Source: Candidatus Krumholzibacteriia bacterium (lineage in GTDB: Bacteria; Krumholzibacteriota; Krumholzibacteriia; JAJRXK01). Taken from it: a DNA stretch of 64,000 bases. The notes under the pieces are model-generated. The model had not been told where the DNA came from, made no database searches, and worked only from the letters and a program-made list of their open reading frames with translations. Each line of letters begins with the position of its first letter. Position 1 is the stretch's first letter. A program made the position numbers and the translations under genes. Shown one piece after another: positions 18,674 to 29,090 of this stretch. The stretch is from assembly GCA_041484665.1 (NCBI GenBank), contig JBGPIA010000002.1, forward strand, positions 224,001 through 288,000, in the 5' to 3' direction.

Positions 18674-19804
18674 CTAGCGGTTGTAGAACTCCGGGAACTG
18701 ACCGTAGTGGCGGCTCTCCGCGGGCTGGGCGACACCCTTCTCGCGGTGCTCCAAGTACGACCGGCGTTCCACGACCTTGTTGTCGTGGTGGACGTGTCCA
18801 TAGTCGACGTAGCGCTGGAACGGGATGGGTCGCTTGAAGATGACGCGCAGCTTGTTGGAGACCACCCAAGCCAGCGGCTTGGCGCGCGGCAACGAAGCGA
18901 AGCGCTCATTGCGCATGGCCGTCTTGGCGGAGGCGACCATCCAGCAGTTTTGCGTGCAGGCGGCGACCTCCGCGCGGGCCGCCACCGCCTTCTCGCCGCG
19001 CATGATCTCCTCCCAGCTCTGCTTGGACAGGTTGCCCATGAGCAGGTCGGGGCGGACGTTGCAGGCGTACACGTCGCTCCACGGATCGACGAACGCGAAC
19101 ATCGTGCCGGCGGTGCACGGGATCAGGCGGTCGTGGCCGAGGATCTTGGCGATCAGGCCCAGGTTCAGGTAGCCACGGAACCAGTTCTTGATGGACCAGG
19201 ATTGCATCATCTCCGTGACCAGGTCCTCAACACGCCGCGCAACGCGTACGCGGTCGTACATGTAGTTGTCGTCCTTGTGGAACTGGAAGCCGTTGTGCAA
19301 CGCCGAGGTCGCCAGCTCCACGCCCACGCGGCGGCTGAGGCGGTACATCTCCACGATCTGGTCGACGTTCTCGTCCTGGAAGGTCGTGGCGAACCCCAGG
19401 TCGGTACCCCGCAGCGCCACCAGACGCTCCATCGCCGCCATCTTCGTCTTGAACCCGTCCTTCTCACCGCGGATGCGGTCGTTGGTCTCCTCGAGCCCCT
19501 CGATGCTGATGCGGATCTTCACGTTGGGGTACTTGAGCAGGACCGGCTCGAGCTTGTCGACGTGCAGCCCGTTGGTGGAGATCTCGAGTGTGTGCGTCTT
19601 GGGATACAGCAGATCCACGATCTCCATCAGGTCGCGGCGCAGGGTAGGCTCACCCCCGGTGATGTTCAGGTGATCGAATCCGCCGGGCAGCTTGCTCAGC
19701 GTCTCCAGGCTCACCTCGAACCGCGGATTGGTCGGGTTCTTCCAGATGTAGCACATGGAGCAGGCGGAGTCGCACCGGTAGGTCAGGATCACCGACAAGT
19801 CCAC
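18674..19804 (-). CDS. Radical SAM protein with a SPASM/Twitch C-terminal domain
   Basis: CDSACSMC (CxxxCxxC), ITGGEP, ISTNG, ISIEG....D.IRG, and CTAG...VDP...VYAC...C..NCW. Start GTG 19804 (GGAG RBS). Confidence 0.93.
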   Translation of the reverse strand: MDLSVILTYRCDSACSMCYIWKNPTNPRFEVSLETLSKLPGGFDHLNITGGEPTLRRDLMEIVDLLYPKTHTLEISTNGLHVDKLEPVLLKYPNVKIRISIEGLEETNDRIRGEKDGFKTKMAAMERLVALRGTDLGFATTFQDENVDQIVEMYRLSRRVGVELATSALHNGFQFHKDDNYMYDRVRVARRVEDLVTEMMQSWSIKNWFRGYLNLGLIAKILGHDRLIPCTAGTMFAFVDPWSDVYACNVRPDLLMGNLSKQSWEEIMRGEKAVAARAEVAACTQNCWMVASAKTAMRNERFASLPRAKPLAWVVSNKLRVIFKRPIPFQRYVDYGHVHHDNKVVERRSYLEHREKGVAQPAESRHYGQFPEFYNR

Positions 19805-19959
19805 GGCATCTCCGTCTCTAGCTCCAAGGGGCACGGGTCCCCGGGGGCGTCGGGTGTCTCGCTCATGTCGGCTGGAGTCGCGGACTCGGCGTGCTCCGGG
19901 CGCCTCCGAGGGTGGAGTGCCGTGGGACCGGAGCGCCGCTCACCGCTCGTACGCACTTC

Positions 19960-19988
19960 AGGTTACCACGCTGCCCGAGAGGGGGCAA
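19960..19988 (-). promoter_or_regulatory. Putative sigma70 promoter of the radical SAM-GT4-SGNH-deacetylase operon
   Basis: TTGCCC-17 nt-TAACCT with an extended TG. Confidence 0.45.
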
Positions 19989-20092
19989 GGACGGTGCGTG
20001 GCCACGTGTGGGTGGCCACGGCCGGCAAGCTGAGCGCCTTCCCGCACCCCAACAGCGCTGCGGCCATCGCCGCCCAGCGCTGGCGATGGCGC

Positions 20093-21205
20093 TCAACGGC
20101 TGGAGAGCGAGCGGAACAGCACCTCGAACTGGTCGGCGATCCCCTCCCAATCGTAGTGGGCGCGCACGCGCTCCAGCGCCGCCTCACCCAGGGCGCACAG
20201 GCGCGGCTCGTCCTCGAGAACCTCGGCCAGTAGGCTGCGCAGGGCCGCCACGTCGCCCGGCGGGAACGCCAGCCCGGCCTGGGCGATCGTGGCCCGGTTC
20301 TCAGGGATGCCGTTCACGATCACCGGCCGACCCAACGCCATAGCCGTGAGCAGCACCGGGCTGGTGCCCTCCACGTCGCTGGGCTGCACGTAGACCCGGC
20401 AGTGCTGCATCAGCTGCTTGAAGCCCTCTCCGAACACGTAGCCCGTGAACACCGTGCGGGGGTCGGCGGCGCGCTTGAGCCCGTCGACGTACGCGCGGTC
20501 GTACGGATCGTCGCCGACGATCACGAGCTTGCGCCGCGTCGGCAGCCCGCGGAACGCCTCCATGAGGAACGGCACGCCCTTTTCCGGCACCAGTCGCCCG
20601 ACGAACAGGATGTAGTCGCGGGGCAGGAGCCCGAAGCGCTCCAACGCGTCGCGTGCCTCGACGCGCTCGATGTTGGCGCCGTACGGGATGCAGGCCGTGT
20701 CGCGCCCCATCTCCCGCACGTAGAACTCGTGCGCGACCTCGGTGTCGGTGACGATGGCGTCGCTGACGCGTACCCCGAAGCGCGCCGAGCGCTGCAGGTA
20801 CCAGCGGGCGAAGCGTCCCCACTTGCGCCGCTCCCAGGCCTTGCCGTCGACCCACAGCACCGTGCGCCGCCCGAACAGATGCAGCCAGGGGATCACCAGC
20901 GAGGTCCCCGAGCCCGACAGCAGCACCACCGGCGCGGGCTCGCGCAGCACGACATGCATCGCCGAGAGCACGATGTGCACGAGCGTGTCGAGGTTCTTGC
21001 GGCGCAGCGATGGCAGGTGATGCAGGCGCAGACCGTGGTAGTGCGCCGGGCGCGGCGGCGGCGTGTTGTAGGTACGGCAGTAGACCACGACGTCGTGCCC
21101 GCGCGCGGCCAGCCGGCGTCCGATCTCGTCGGTCGCCGTCTCCCGGCCGCCGTAGAGCGGCGGCAGCCCTCGGGTCCCCAGGATGGCGATCCTCAGTCGT
21201 TCCAC
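20093..21205 (-). CDS. Glycosyltransferase family 4 (DUF1972-type N-terminus)
   Basis: RIAILGTRG.P..YGG.ET, DG..WER.KW, IPYGA, VGRLVPEKG and VEGTSPVLL.AM. Start GTG 21205. Confidence 0.92.
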   Translation of the reverse strand: MERLRIAILGTRGLPPLYGGRETATDEIGRRLAARGHDVVVYCRTYNTPPPRPAHYHGLRLHHLPSLRRKNLDTLVHIVLSAMHVVLREPAPVVLLSGSGTSLVIPWLHLFGRRTVLWVDGKAWERRKWGRFARWYLQRSARFGVRVSDAIVTDTEVAHEFYVREMGRDTACIPYGANIERVEARDALERFGLLPRDYILFVGRLVPEKGVPFLMEAFRGLPTRRKLVIVGDDPYDRAYVDGLKRAADPRTVFTGYVFGEGFKQLMQHCRVYVQPSDVEGTSPVLLTAMALGRPVIVNGIPENRATIAQAGLAFPPGDVAALRSLLAEVLEDEPRLCALGEAALERVRAHYDWEGIADQFEVLFRSLSSR

Positions 21206-21325
21206 GGCCCGCGGAGGGTAGCCGACACGCTGGACACGCGCCAGCGGGCAGTTCCCGCGGCGCTGCCGCATGCGCGGCCGCGGCGGCTGTGGTACGCTCG
21301 CTGCTTCGGACAGGAGGTCAGGACC

Positions 21326-23200
21326 GTGTGCGGCATCGCCGGCATCGCCATGGCCGCAGGTGCGCCCGTGGACGAGGCGCTCCTGCGGCGCATGACCGCT
21401 TCCCTGGTCCACCGCGGGCCCGACGGCGACGGGCTGTGGATCGCCCCGGGTATCGGGCTGGGCCATCGCCGGCTGCGCATCATCGACCTCTCCGACGCCG
21501 GTCGTCAGCCCATGGGCAACGAGACCGGCGAGGTGCAGGTCACCTTCAACGGCGAGATCTACAACTTCCAGCAGCTGCGTCCTCCGCTCGAGTCGTCGGG
21601 ACATCGGTTCCGCTCCGCCACGGACACCGAGGTGATGGTCCATCTGTACGAAGAGCTGGGCCCGGCCATGGTCGGCCGGCTGCGGGGGATGTTCGCGTTC
21701 GGCCTGTGGGACGCGCGCGCGCGCCGGCTGTTGCTCGTACGCGATCGCGTGGGCATCAAGCCTTTGTACTACGCCGTGATTCCCGGTGGCCTGGCGTTCG
21801 CCAGCGAGCTCAAGGCGCTGCTGCTGATGCCGCAGGTCGACCGCGCGCTGCACGAGGAGTCACTGGCGTACTATCTGGCGTTTGGCTACCTGCCCGAGGA
21901 GCTCACCCCCTACCGGGGGATCCACAAGCTCAGGGCTGGCCACACGCTCAGCTTCGAGCCCGATCTCGGGCGTCCGCCGCGCATCGAGCGCTACTGGACG
22001 CTGGACGACTTCGTGGCCTCGCCGGCTGCGTGGCCGTCGCTCTCCCACTGTGTGGAGGCCGTGCGCGAGAAGCTGGGCGAGGCCGTGCGCCTGCGCATGA
22101 TCAGCGACGCTCCGCTGGGCGCGTTCCTCAGCGGCGGCGTCGACTCGAGCATCGTGGTGTCGGCCATGGCCGCCGCCTCGCGCGATCCGATTCGCACCTT
22201 CACCATCGGCTTCCACGAGCAGGAGGCCGACGAACGCCGCTACGCCCGCGCGGTGGTGGAGCGCTACCACACGCTGCACCAGGAGCAAGTTGTCACGCTC
22301 GACGGGCTGTCGGCGCTGCAGCTGCTCGCGCCCCAGCTCGACGAGCCGCTGGCCGATAACTCCGTCGTGCCGACCTACTACGTGTGCAAGATGGCGCGCG
22401 AGCAGGTCGTGGTCGCACTCAGCGGCGACGGCGGCGATGAGGGCTTCGCCGGCTACACGCGCTACAGCCGTATGGCGGCCAGCTCCGGGCTGGATCGGGT
22501 GCCCCGCGCGCTGCGCGCGGTGGCGCTGGGCCCCCTGGAGCGGGCCTGGCCGCAGAGCGCGCGTGGCAAGGGCTGGCTGCAACGCGCGCGGCAGGACTAC
22601 GTGGGCCGCTACCTCGACATGTGCGCCGTGTTCCCCGCTGGGGAATGGCGAGCGCTGCTGGCCCCGCCGCTGCAACGTGCGCTCGCGGGCGTCGACCCCT
22701 ACGATCGCTACCGCGCCATCGTGCGCGACGTCCCCGGCGAGCCGCTGGAGCGGCTCATGCGCCTGGACATCCGGACCTACCTGCCCGAAGACATCCTCCA
22801 GAAGGTCGACAAGGCCAGCATGCTCGTGTCGCTGGAGGCGCGCGTGCCTCTGCTGGACCACGAGCTGTTACAGCTCTCCTTCACCATGCCGCTGTCGCTG
22901 AAGATGCACGACGGGGCGCGCAAAGCCGTGCTGCGCGGCGCCGGGCGCGGCCTGGCGCCCGACGAGGTGCTGACTTCGCGCAAGCAGGGGTTCGTGATGC
23001 CGCTGCGGCGCTGGTTTCGCGGCGAGCTGGTCGGGCAGTTCGAGCAGACCGTGCTCGCGCCCGAATCGCCATGCGCCGGGCTCGTCGACCAGGCGGCCGC
23101 GCGCCGGCTGCTGGAAGACCACCGCAACGGCGGCCGCGACTTCGGCCGCCGCCTCTGGTCGCTATTGATGCTGGGCGAGTGGGCGCGGCGGTATCTCTAG
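21326..23200 (+). CDS. asnB: Asparagine synthase (glutamine-hydrolysing) family amidotransferase, copy 1
   Basis: MCGIAG (Ntn Cys1), HRGPD, FNGEIYN, RDR.GIKPLYY, LSGGVDSS, SGDGGDE.FAGY and KVDKASM..SLEARVP. GTG 21326 with AGGAGG RBS. Confidence 0.95.
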   Translation: MCGIAGIAMAAGAPVDEALLRRMTASLVHRGPDGDGLWIAPGIGLGHRRLRIIDLSDAGRQPMGNETGEVQVTFNGEIYNFQQLRPPLESSGHRFRSATDTEVMVHLYEELGPAMVGRLRGMFAFGLWDARARRLLLVRDRVGIKPLYYAVIPGGLAFASELKALLLMPQVDRALHEESLAYYLAFGYLPEELTPYRGIHKLRAGHTLSFEPDLGRPPRIERYWTLDDFVASPAAWPSLSHCVEAVREKLGEAVRLRMISDAPLGAFLSGGVDSSIVVSAMAAASRDPIRTFTIGFHEQEADERRYARAVVERYHTLHQEQVVTLDGLSALQLLAPQLDEPLADNSVVPTYYVCKMAREQVVVALSGDGGDEGFAGYTRYSRMAASSGLDRVPRALRAVALGPLERAWPQSARGKGWLQRARQDYVGRYLDMCAVFPAGEWRALLAPPLQRALAGVDPYDRYRAIVRDVPGEPLERLMRLDIRTYLPEDILQKVDKASMLVSLEARVPLLDHELLQLSFTMPLSLKMHDGARKAVLRGAGRGLAPDEVLTSRKQGFVMPLRRWFRGELVGQFEQTVLAPESPCAGLVDQAAARRLLEDHRNGGRDFGRRLWSLLMLGEWARRYL

Positions 23201-23255
23201 TCGATCGCCGTTGGGGCGCAGCCCGGGCATTGCGCGCCGCCGCTGCCGCTGCCGA

Positions 23256-24425
23256 TCATGGCCGCGGATCGAGGGGCCCGCGCAGGCCCTCCTGGTAGAC
23301 GGCCGTGTGCCCGGCGATCTCAGCTGCCAGACCGAATTGATCCCGGGCGAGCGCCGGTGCCTCGCGTGCGGTCTGCTCCCGCCACGCCGTGTCGGCCCAG
23401 GCAGCGGACAGCAAAGCCGCCAGGGCCTCGGCGTCGCCCACGGGGAAATCGCGCACGAACTCGCGCAGCGGTCCGAGGTCGTCCAGGTAGGGCAGCGCCG
23501 AGGAGAGCACGGGCGTGCCCGCGGCCATTGCCTCCACCACCACGTTGGGGAAGCCCTCCATGGTGCTGGCGATGACCAGCAGGTCACAGGCGGCCAGCAC
23601 CGCCGGGACGTCCGATCGGCGCCCGAGCCAATGCGCGCGCTCGGCGACGGCGCTCTGGCGGGCGAACGCCTCGAGCTCCTGCCGGTCGTCACCGTCGCCG
23701 GCCAGGACCAGCGCCGCGTGCGGCAGGGCGTCTTGGGCGCGCTGCAGCGCGCAGAGCAGCGTACGGTGGCCCTTGAGCGGCTGCAGCGAGGCGACCATGG
23801 CGATCCAGGGCCCGCGGGCGGGATCGCGCCCCAGCTCCGCCGCCAGGCGAGCGCGGCATTCGCGCCGCCAGGCCGGCACGCCGGCTGCGTCCCGGCAGAA
23901 GCCGTCAAGCTCCAGCCCGTTGGGGACGACGGTGATCCTCGTGCGCGGCAGCCCTTCGCGGCGTGCGAGCCGATCGCCTACGGCCGCGCTGTTGACGATG
24001 ATGCGGTGGACCAGCCGGCGGTTCACCCAGCGCGCCAGCGCCGCGCGCGGACCGGTGAGCTTCCAGTCGAATTGGTTGCGCTCGCTGGTCACCACGCGGG
24101 GCACGCCGGCCAGATGTGCCGCGATGGGGCCCACGATCAGCGTGAAGCTGATGAGCGAGTGGACCACGTCGTAGCGGCGGCGGTGCATCAGGCGCGCGAG
24201 CTTCGGGACGACCCACAGGAAGCTCCAGCGGTTACGCCCGCGCAGCACGTGGATGGGTAGACCGGTGGCGCGGAAGCCCTCGGCCAGCTCTCCGTCGGGC
24301 CTCCAGCAGATCAGCTCCAGGTCGAAGGCACCGCGGTCGAGATGGCGCGCCAGCCGCAGGGCGTGACGTTCGGTGCCGCCGACCTGGAACCACCAGAGGA
24401 ACAGCGCGACGCGCAGGCGTCTCAT
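23256..24425 (-). CDS. Glycosyltransferase family 4
   Basis: GGTER, VPNG, KGH and EGFPNVVVEAMAAG. Confidence 0.92.
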   Translation of the reverse strand: MRRLRVALFLWWFQVGGTERHALRLARHLDRGAFDLELICWRPDGELAEGFRATGLPIHVLRGRNRWSFLWVVPKLARLMHRRRYDVVHSLISFTLIVGPIAAHLAGVPRVVTSERNQFDWKLTGPRAALARWVNRRLVHRIIVNSAAVGDRLARREGLPRTRITVVPNGLELDGFCRDAAGVPAWRRECRARLAAELGRDPARGPWIAMVASLQPLKGHRTLLCALQRAQDALPHAALVLAGDGDDRQELEAFARQSAVAERAHWLGRRSDVPAVLAACDLLVIASTMEGFPNVVVEAMAAGTPVLSSALPYLDDLGPLREFVRDFPVGDAEALAALLSAAWADTAWREQTAREAPALARDQFGLAAEIAGHTAVYQEGLRGPLDPRP

Positions 24426-25558
24426 GCGCGCCCACCGCCTGTCGCCGCTTGCCGGCGAGCGATCGCCCGCTCGAACCAGGCTTCGGCCAGCGGCCCCACT
24501 GCCTCCACGTCATGGCGCCGGGCCACGTGAGCGCGGCCCCGCTCCCCCGCCTGCGCGCGGCGAGCGGGATCGGACAGCAGCTCGTCCACGGCCGCCGCAA
24601 GGCGCTCCGGGCTGCCAGCCACCGCACCCAACCCTTCGCGTGCGATCACGCCGTCAGGGTCAACGCCCAGGGTCACGGCCGGCACGCCGTGGGCCCAGGC
24701 CTGCAGGAAGGCATTGGGCAAGCCTTCCAGTCGTGACGTGTTCACGTAGAGCAGCGCGTCGCGGTAGAGCTCGTCCATGCGCGCAGGCGGCACGAAGCCG
24801 GAGAGCTGGAGATTGGAGACGCCACGCGCCAGCTCGCGGATGTGATCGTCGTAGCCCCGGTCCTCGCCCGGGCCGCCCACGAGCCGGAAGCGCGCGTACG
24901 GCAGGCGACGGGCCAGCTCCACGAACAGCTCGGGCTGCTTGCGCCGCGCGAGGCTGCCGACCCACAGCACGTAGGCGCCGGGCTCACCGGGCGAGCGTGG
25001 CGGTGGCAACGCGAGCATGTTGGGCAGGACCTCCGTCTCGCGGCCGAAGTTGCGGCGCATGAGCGCCTGCTGCTCCTGCGTCTGGGCCAGCACCAGATCG
25101 GCGTGAGCGATCCCCCAGGCGTACAGGCGCTGGATCGGCCAGGGAGAGCGGCCCATGAGGTCGCGGTGGCAGTTGTAGTCGATGCCCAGCGAGAAGCTGA
25201 AGGCCGCCCCGGACTCGTGGCTGAAGCGGCAGCATTGCCCGGTGTAGAAGGCGGTCGAGCGTTGATTGACGAGCTGTGGGCGGGAGCGGTGGATCGCCGC
25301 GCGCAGCTTCATCATATCGGGCAGGAAGCGCAGCTTGCGGTTGCCCGTATGGAGCCGGAAGGAGCGGTGCACCTTCATGCCGTCGACGTCCATCACCGGA
25401 GGCTGGCCGAAGTCCCCGACGACGAATGCGACCTCGTGGCCCCGCCCGGCGAGCCAGCGGGCGAGAGTCACCTGCTGGAGTTCGGCGCCGCCCGCGAACT
25501 CGATTCCCGAGGGCACGAGCATGGAGTAGGCCGGGGGTGAGACGAACGTGACGCGCAT
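24422..25558 (-). CDS. Glycosyltransferase family 4
   Basis: GGAELQ, VLWVG...RKQP and NTS..EGLPNAFLQAW. Confidence 0.92.
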   Translation of the reverse strand: MRVTFVSPPAYSMLVPSGIEFAGGAELQQVTLARWLAGRGHEVAFVVGDFGQPPVMDVDGMKVHRSFRLHTGNRKLRFLPDMMKLRAAIHRSRPQLVNQRSTAFYTGQCCRFSHESGAAFSFSLGIDYNCHRDLMGRSPWPIQRLYAWGIAHADLVLAQTQEQQALMRRNFGRETEVLPNMLALPPPRSPGEPGAYVLWVGSLARRKQPELFVELARRLPYARFRLVGGPGEDRGYDDHIRELARGVSNLQLSGFVPPARMDELYRDALLYVNTSRLEGLPNAFLQAWAHGVPAVTLGVDPDGVIAREGLGAVAGSPERLAAAVDELLSDPARRAQAGERGRAHVARRHDVEAVGPLAEAWFERAIARRQAATGGGRA

Positions 25559-25580
25559 GGAAGCGCCGTTGGATCGTAGT

Positions 25581-26813
25581 TCAGGAGGTCCCAGCGCGGG
25601 CCTCCTGGTACAGCTGCATGATGCGCTCCAGATGCTCCTGGGGCGCGTGACGCCGCTCGACGAAGCGGCGCGCCTCCTTCCCCATCGCCGCGCACCGCTG
25701 GGGGCTCTCCATCATCGCCGCCAGTCCGCCGGCCCAGGCGTCCACATCGCCCGCTGGCAGCAGGCGCCCGGTGCGCTCCTCCTGCACCAGCTCGGGCAAT
25801 CCTCCCAGCCGCGAGGCCAGCACGGGCTTGCCCGAGGCGAACGCCTCGAGCACCACCAGAGGACAGTTCTCGTAGCACGCGCTGGGCATGACCAGCAGGC
25901 GCGCCCCGCGGTACAGCGCGCGCAGCCGCTCGCCGCCGCAATGTCCCAGGAACTGCACGTTCGACCAGCCTTCACGCGCCGCGAGCTGTTGCAAGGGAGT
26001 CTCCAGCTCGCCGCTGCCGGCGATCTTCAGCGGCACGCGCGCCCGCGCTGCCGCCCGCAACAACGTTTCCACGCCCTTCTCGGGATCGAGCCGCCCGACG
26101 AACAAAGCAAAGCCATCGTCGCCCTGCGCCGGCGAGTGCGCGTCCAGATCGACCGGGTTGGGCACGACTTCGATGCGCGCCGGGCGCAGGCCGTGCTCCA
26201 GGATCTTGTCGCGCAGGAACTGACTGGGGGCGATCAGCAGCCGCGCACGCTCGTAGACCCGCCAGATCCGGTGCAGGTAGAGCTCGACGGTGACGATGGC
26301 ACTGGCCCCCAGGCTCCCCCGCTTGCAACGCGTGCGCAGCGCATGGTGGAACCGGCCGTGGCGGCACAGCTCGCAGATCGCCCCCTCGCGCAGCATGCGC
26401 GTGGTGGGGCAGACCGACTTGAGGTCGTGCAGCGTCCACACCACCGGCACATTGCGCCGGTAGAGCTCCAAGACGACCGAGGCCGTCAGGTGGTGCATCA
26501 CGGAGTGCAAGTGGGCCAGCTCGACGGGCTGCTCGGCCAATAGCGCCGCCAGCCGCCGCCGCGCCTGGCGGTTGTAGATCGAGGTGGTCAGGACCTTGAG
26601 CGCCCCGCGCACCCCGCGCTGCGCCATCAGGCTGGGGTAATCCACCTCGTCGGCGAACCAGCGCTCGTGCTGCGAGGGAAGATTGCGCGCCTCGCGCATG
26701 GCGAAGGGAACTACGCGGTGGCCCGCTGCGGTCAGGCGCTCCGAAAGATCCAGGGCGTGGCGGCTATCGCCGCCGCGCGCGTAATGATAGGTGTTGACCA
26801 TCAGGATGTTCAT
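25581..26813 (-). CDS. Glycosyltransferase family 4
   Basis: MNILMVN..Y.RGG, WTLHD...CP, FVGRL..EKG and YENCPLVVLEA. Start ATG 26813, overlapping the upstream stop. Confidence 0.92.
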   Translation of the reverse strand: MNILMVNTYHYARGGDSRHALDLSERLTAAGHRVVPFAMREARNLPSQHERWFADEVDYPSLMAQRGVRGALKVLTTSIYNRQARRRLAALLAEQPVELAHLHSVMHHLTASVVLELYRRNVPVVWTLHDLKSVCPTTRMLREGAICELCRHGRFHHALRTRCKRGSLGASAIVTVELYLHRIWRVYERARLLIAPSQFLRDKILEHGLRPARIEVVPNPVDLDAHSPAQGDDGFALFVGRLDPEKGVETLLRAAARARVPLKIAGSGELETPLQQLAAREGWSNVQFLGHCGGERLRALYRGARLLVMPSACYENCPLVVLEAFASGKPVLASRLGGLPELVQEERTGRLLPAGDVDAWAGGLAAMMESPQRCAAMGKEARRFVERRHAPQEHLERIMQLYQEARAGTS

Positions 26814-28321
26814 CGAGCGGAGGTCCGCAGGGTGGCAGCCGAGCGCATCCACGGCGACCGCGGCAGGCCCAGCCCGCGCAGGACCAAGGGCGCGATGTCG
26901 GCCAGGCCGGGCGGGTCGGCGAGCTCCTCGCCGGAGTCGCCGGCCAGGTCCAGCGACGTGTAGAGCACGCCGTCCAGCTTGTGGCCGCCGGAGATCTTGC
27001 GATGCGTGGTGTTGGTGGCCACGACGTCGCCGAACAGGTCCCACCCGGTGCCATATTCGCTCTCCAGCAGGAACAGCAGGTCTGGGTAGCGCTCCAGGCA
27101 GGCCCCCGGGCCCATGGCCTCCTCGCGCCGGCGGATCCAGCGGAAGACCGGAGCTCCCGTGCGCGGGTCGCGCACGTCGCGCAGCGCCGCGATCACTGCG
27201 TCGCATACGGCATCGTAGACTTGGCCCTGCGCCTCGACGCGCGCGCGGTCGACCGCCACGCCACCGCAGGCGCTTGTCCCTGCGAAATGCGGCGTGTAGA
27301 CCGCGGTGGCGCCATCCTCCACCAGGAACGAGGACTTCTTGAGCTCGCGCGCCCGCGGCACGAGCTTGGCGATGCGGTACGTCACGTCGGCCATGTCGAG
27401 GCGGTCGAGCGCGCTCATCGCGGCGCGCTTGGCCTTCTGCAGCAGGCGGCGCGGGTGCAGTGGGTTGCGTCCTCGGGCCCGTGTCTTCAGCCAGCCCGCG
27501 CGGCGCAGCACCTCGTTGACGTTGACCACTTTCGTGCAACGGCGGCCGTGGCCGTGGTCGCTGAGCACCATCACGTCGGCGCCCGGTCCGGCAGCTTCGA
27601 TCGTCTCACCCACGATGCGGTCGAACAGGCGGTAGAATTCCAGGATTACCGGCTGGTGCACGGTGCGCCCGGGGTACGTTGGATCCTGCTCGTCGTGATA
27701 CCGCCAGAAGAAATGCTCGATGCGATCCAGCGTCAGGTATGTGGTGAAGAACAGGTCCCACGGACCGTGGTCTCGAAGCAGCGTGAGCGAAAACCGGTGC
27801 TGCGCCAGCGTGTAGTCCAGGGTCGTGCGTCCGAACAGGCCGAGGTTCGCCTTGGTGGGGAAGTCAACGATCCCACCCATGCTCGGCAGCGGGAGCTGCG
27901 CTGCGAGCTCTGGCGGCTCCACGCGCTCGCTCTGATCCTTCACAAAGACAGGTCCGCTCGCCATCACGCCATTGACCGGCCACGGCGGGAAGGCCATGAA
28001 GGGATTCACGATCCCCACGCGCCGCCCTGCGGCGGACGCTACGTCCCAGAAGGTCCTTCCGCGAAACACCGAGGTGTCGATGGCGAAGTCCTTGTGGTCC
28101 TTCTTGTAGTAGTCGATCGCGTCGAGGATCCCATGCTCCACGGGTGGGATCCCCGTGAAGATGGTGATCCACGAGGGGATCGAGTCGGTCGGGAAAACCG
28201 AGCGCAGCGGCCCGCCGTAGCCGCGCGGGCGCAATGCCCGCAAAACCGGCAGCTCGCCCAGGTGCGCGTCGACGAAGTCGGCGTCCATGCCGTCGATGCC
28301 GATGATCACAAGCCTGCGCAT
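26810..28321 (-). CDS. Alkaline-phosphatase-superfamily protein (type I phosphodiesterase/nucleotide pyrophosphatase-like), cytoplasmic
   Basis: IIGIDG, S.FP..S.PSW..I.TG..P..HG, DRIEHFFW, LSDHG and GGH..DG; no signal peptide. ATG 28321 with AAGGAG RBS. Confidence 0.85.
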   Translation of the reverse strand: MRRLVIIGIDGMDADFVDAHLGELPVLRALRPRGYGGPLRSVFPTDSIPSWITIFTGIPPVEHGILDAIDYYKKDHKDFAIDTSVFRGRTFWDVASAAGRRVGIVNPFMAFPPWPVNGVMASGPVFVKDQSERVEPPELAAQLPLPSMGGIVDFPTKANLGLFGRTTLDYTLAQHRFSLTLLRDHGPWDLFFTTYLTLDRIEHFFWRYHDEQDPTYPGRTVHQPVILEFYRLFDRIVGETIEAAGPGADVMVLSDHGHGRRCTKVVNVNEVLRRAGWLKTRARGRNPLHPRRLLQKAKRAAMSALDRLDMADVTYRIAKLVPRARELKKSSFLVEDGATAVYTPHFAGTSACGGVAVDRARVEAQGQVYDAVCDAVIAALRDVRDPRTGAPVFRWIRRREEAMGPGACLERYPDLLFLLESEYGTGWDLFGDVVATNTTHRKISGGHKLDGVLYTSLDLAGDSGEELADPPGLADIAPLVLRGLGLPRSPWMRSAATLRTSAR

Positions 28322-28382
28322 GTCGCTCCTTGCGGCGCCAAGCTCGTCGCCGTTCATCACGAAGCGGCGGGGCCGCAGTCTA

Positions 28383-29090
28383 TCACACCGTCGCCGGGCC
28401 GCCTCCCGGGCCCGCAGCGGCAATCAGGACCCGGGCCACGTCGCGGGCCACCTCCTCGCGGGGCCGGCCGGCGTCGACCACGCCCAGCCCGAGACGGCGC
28501 GCCAGCTCCAGATACAACGACCGGCGGTCCTGTAGGTACGCCAGCGGGGTCCCATCGTTCTTTCGCTGATACCCGGCCTCGGCGTCCAGATCGAGCACGA
28601 CGCCGCCCCGCGGCCGCGGAAAGAGCCGGTTCAAGGGATGGCCCCTCAAGCGCTCTACCCCGCCCTCACCCTCGCCGAAGTTCATCGCCAGATCGATCCA
28701 GACGTCGGGCAGGTAGCGGTCGCACACGACGAAACGCCCGCGCAGCAACGCCGGTCCCAACCGCCACCAGACCTGGGGCAGGTACTCCAGGAGCACGGCC
28801 GCCGTCCACAGCGCACGTGCCCACTGGCGGCGGAAGATGCGCTGCTTCCCCCCGCGAAAGTCCCGGTAGCCAGCATCGTCGCTGGGTCGCGCGGAGCCCG
28901 GGGCGCCGCCCCGGGCGAGCCCCCGCCGCGCCAGCGCCATCAGCGGCGCGGTGAGCTTGGGCTCCCAGCGCGCCCAACGGTAGATCCAGCGCGCGTCCTG
29001 GCCGCGCGCGCTGCGCACGAATGCCTCGGCCTGCGTGGTCTTCCCCGACCCGTCAATCCCGCCGACGTAGAGCAGCCGCCCGCGCGCCAT
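28383..29090 (-). CDS. Thymidylate-kinase-like P-loop kinase
   Basis: GIDGSGKTT Walker A, VVCDRY..D, P.P.....LD and RK lid. Start ATG 29090, coupled to the upstream GT4 stop. Confidence 0.82.
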   Translation of the reverse strand: MARGRLLYVGGIDGSGKTTQAEAFVRSARGQDARWIYRWARWEPKLTAPLMALARRGLARGGAPGSARPSDDAGYRDFRGGKQRIFRRQWARALWTAAVLLEYLPQVWWRLGPALLRGRFVVCDRYLPDVWIDLAMNFGEGEGGVERLRGHPLNRLFPRPRGGVVLDLDAEAGYQRKNDGTPLAYLQDRRSLYLELARRLGLGVVDAGRPREEVARDVARVLIAAAGPGGGPATV

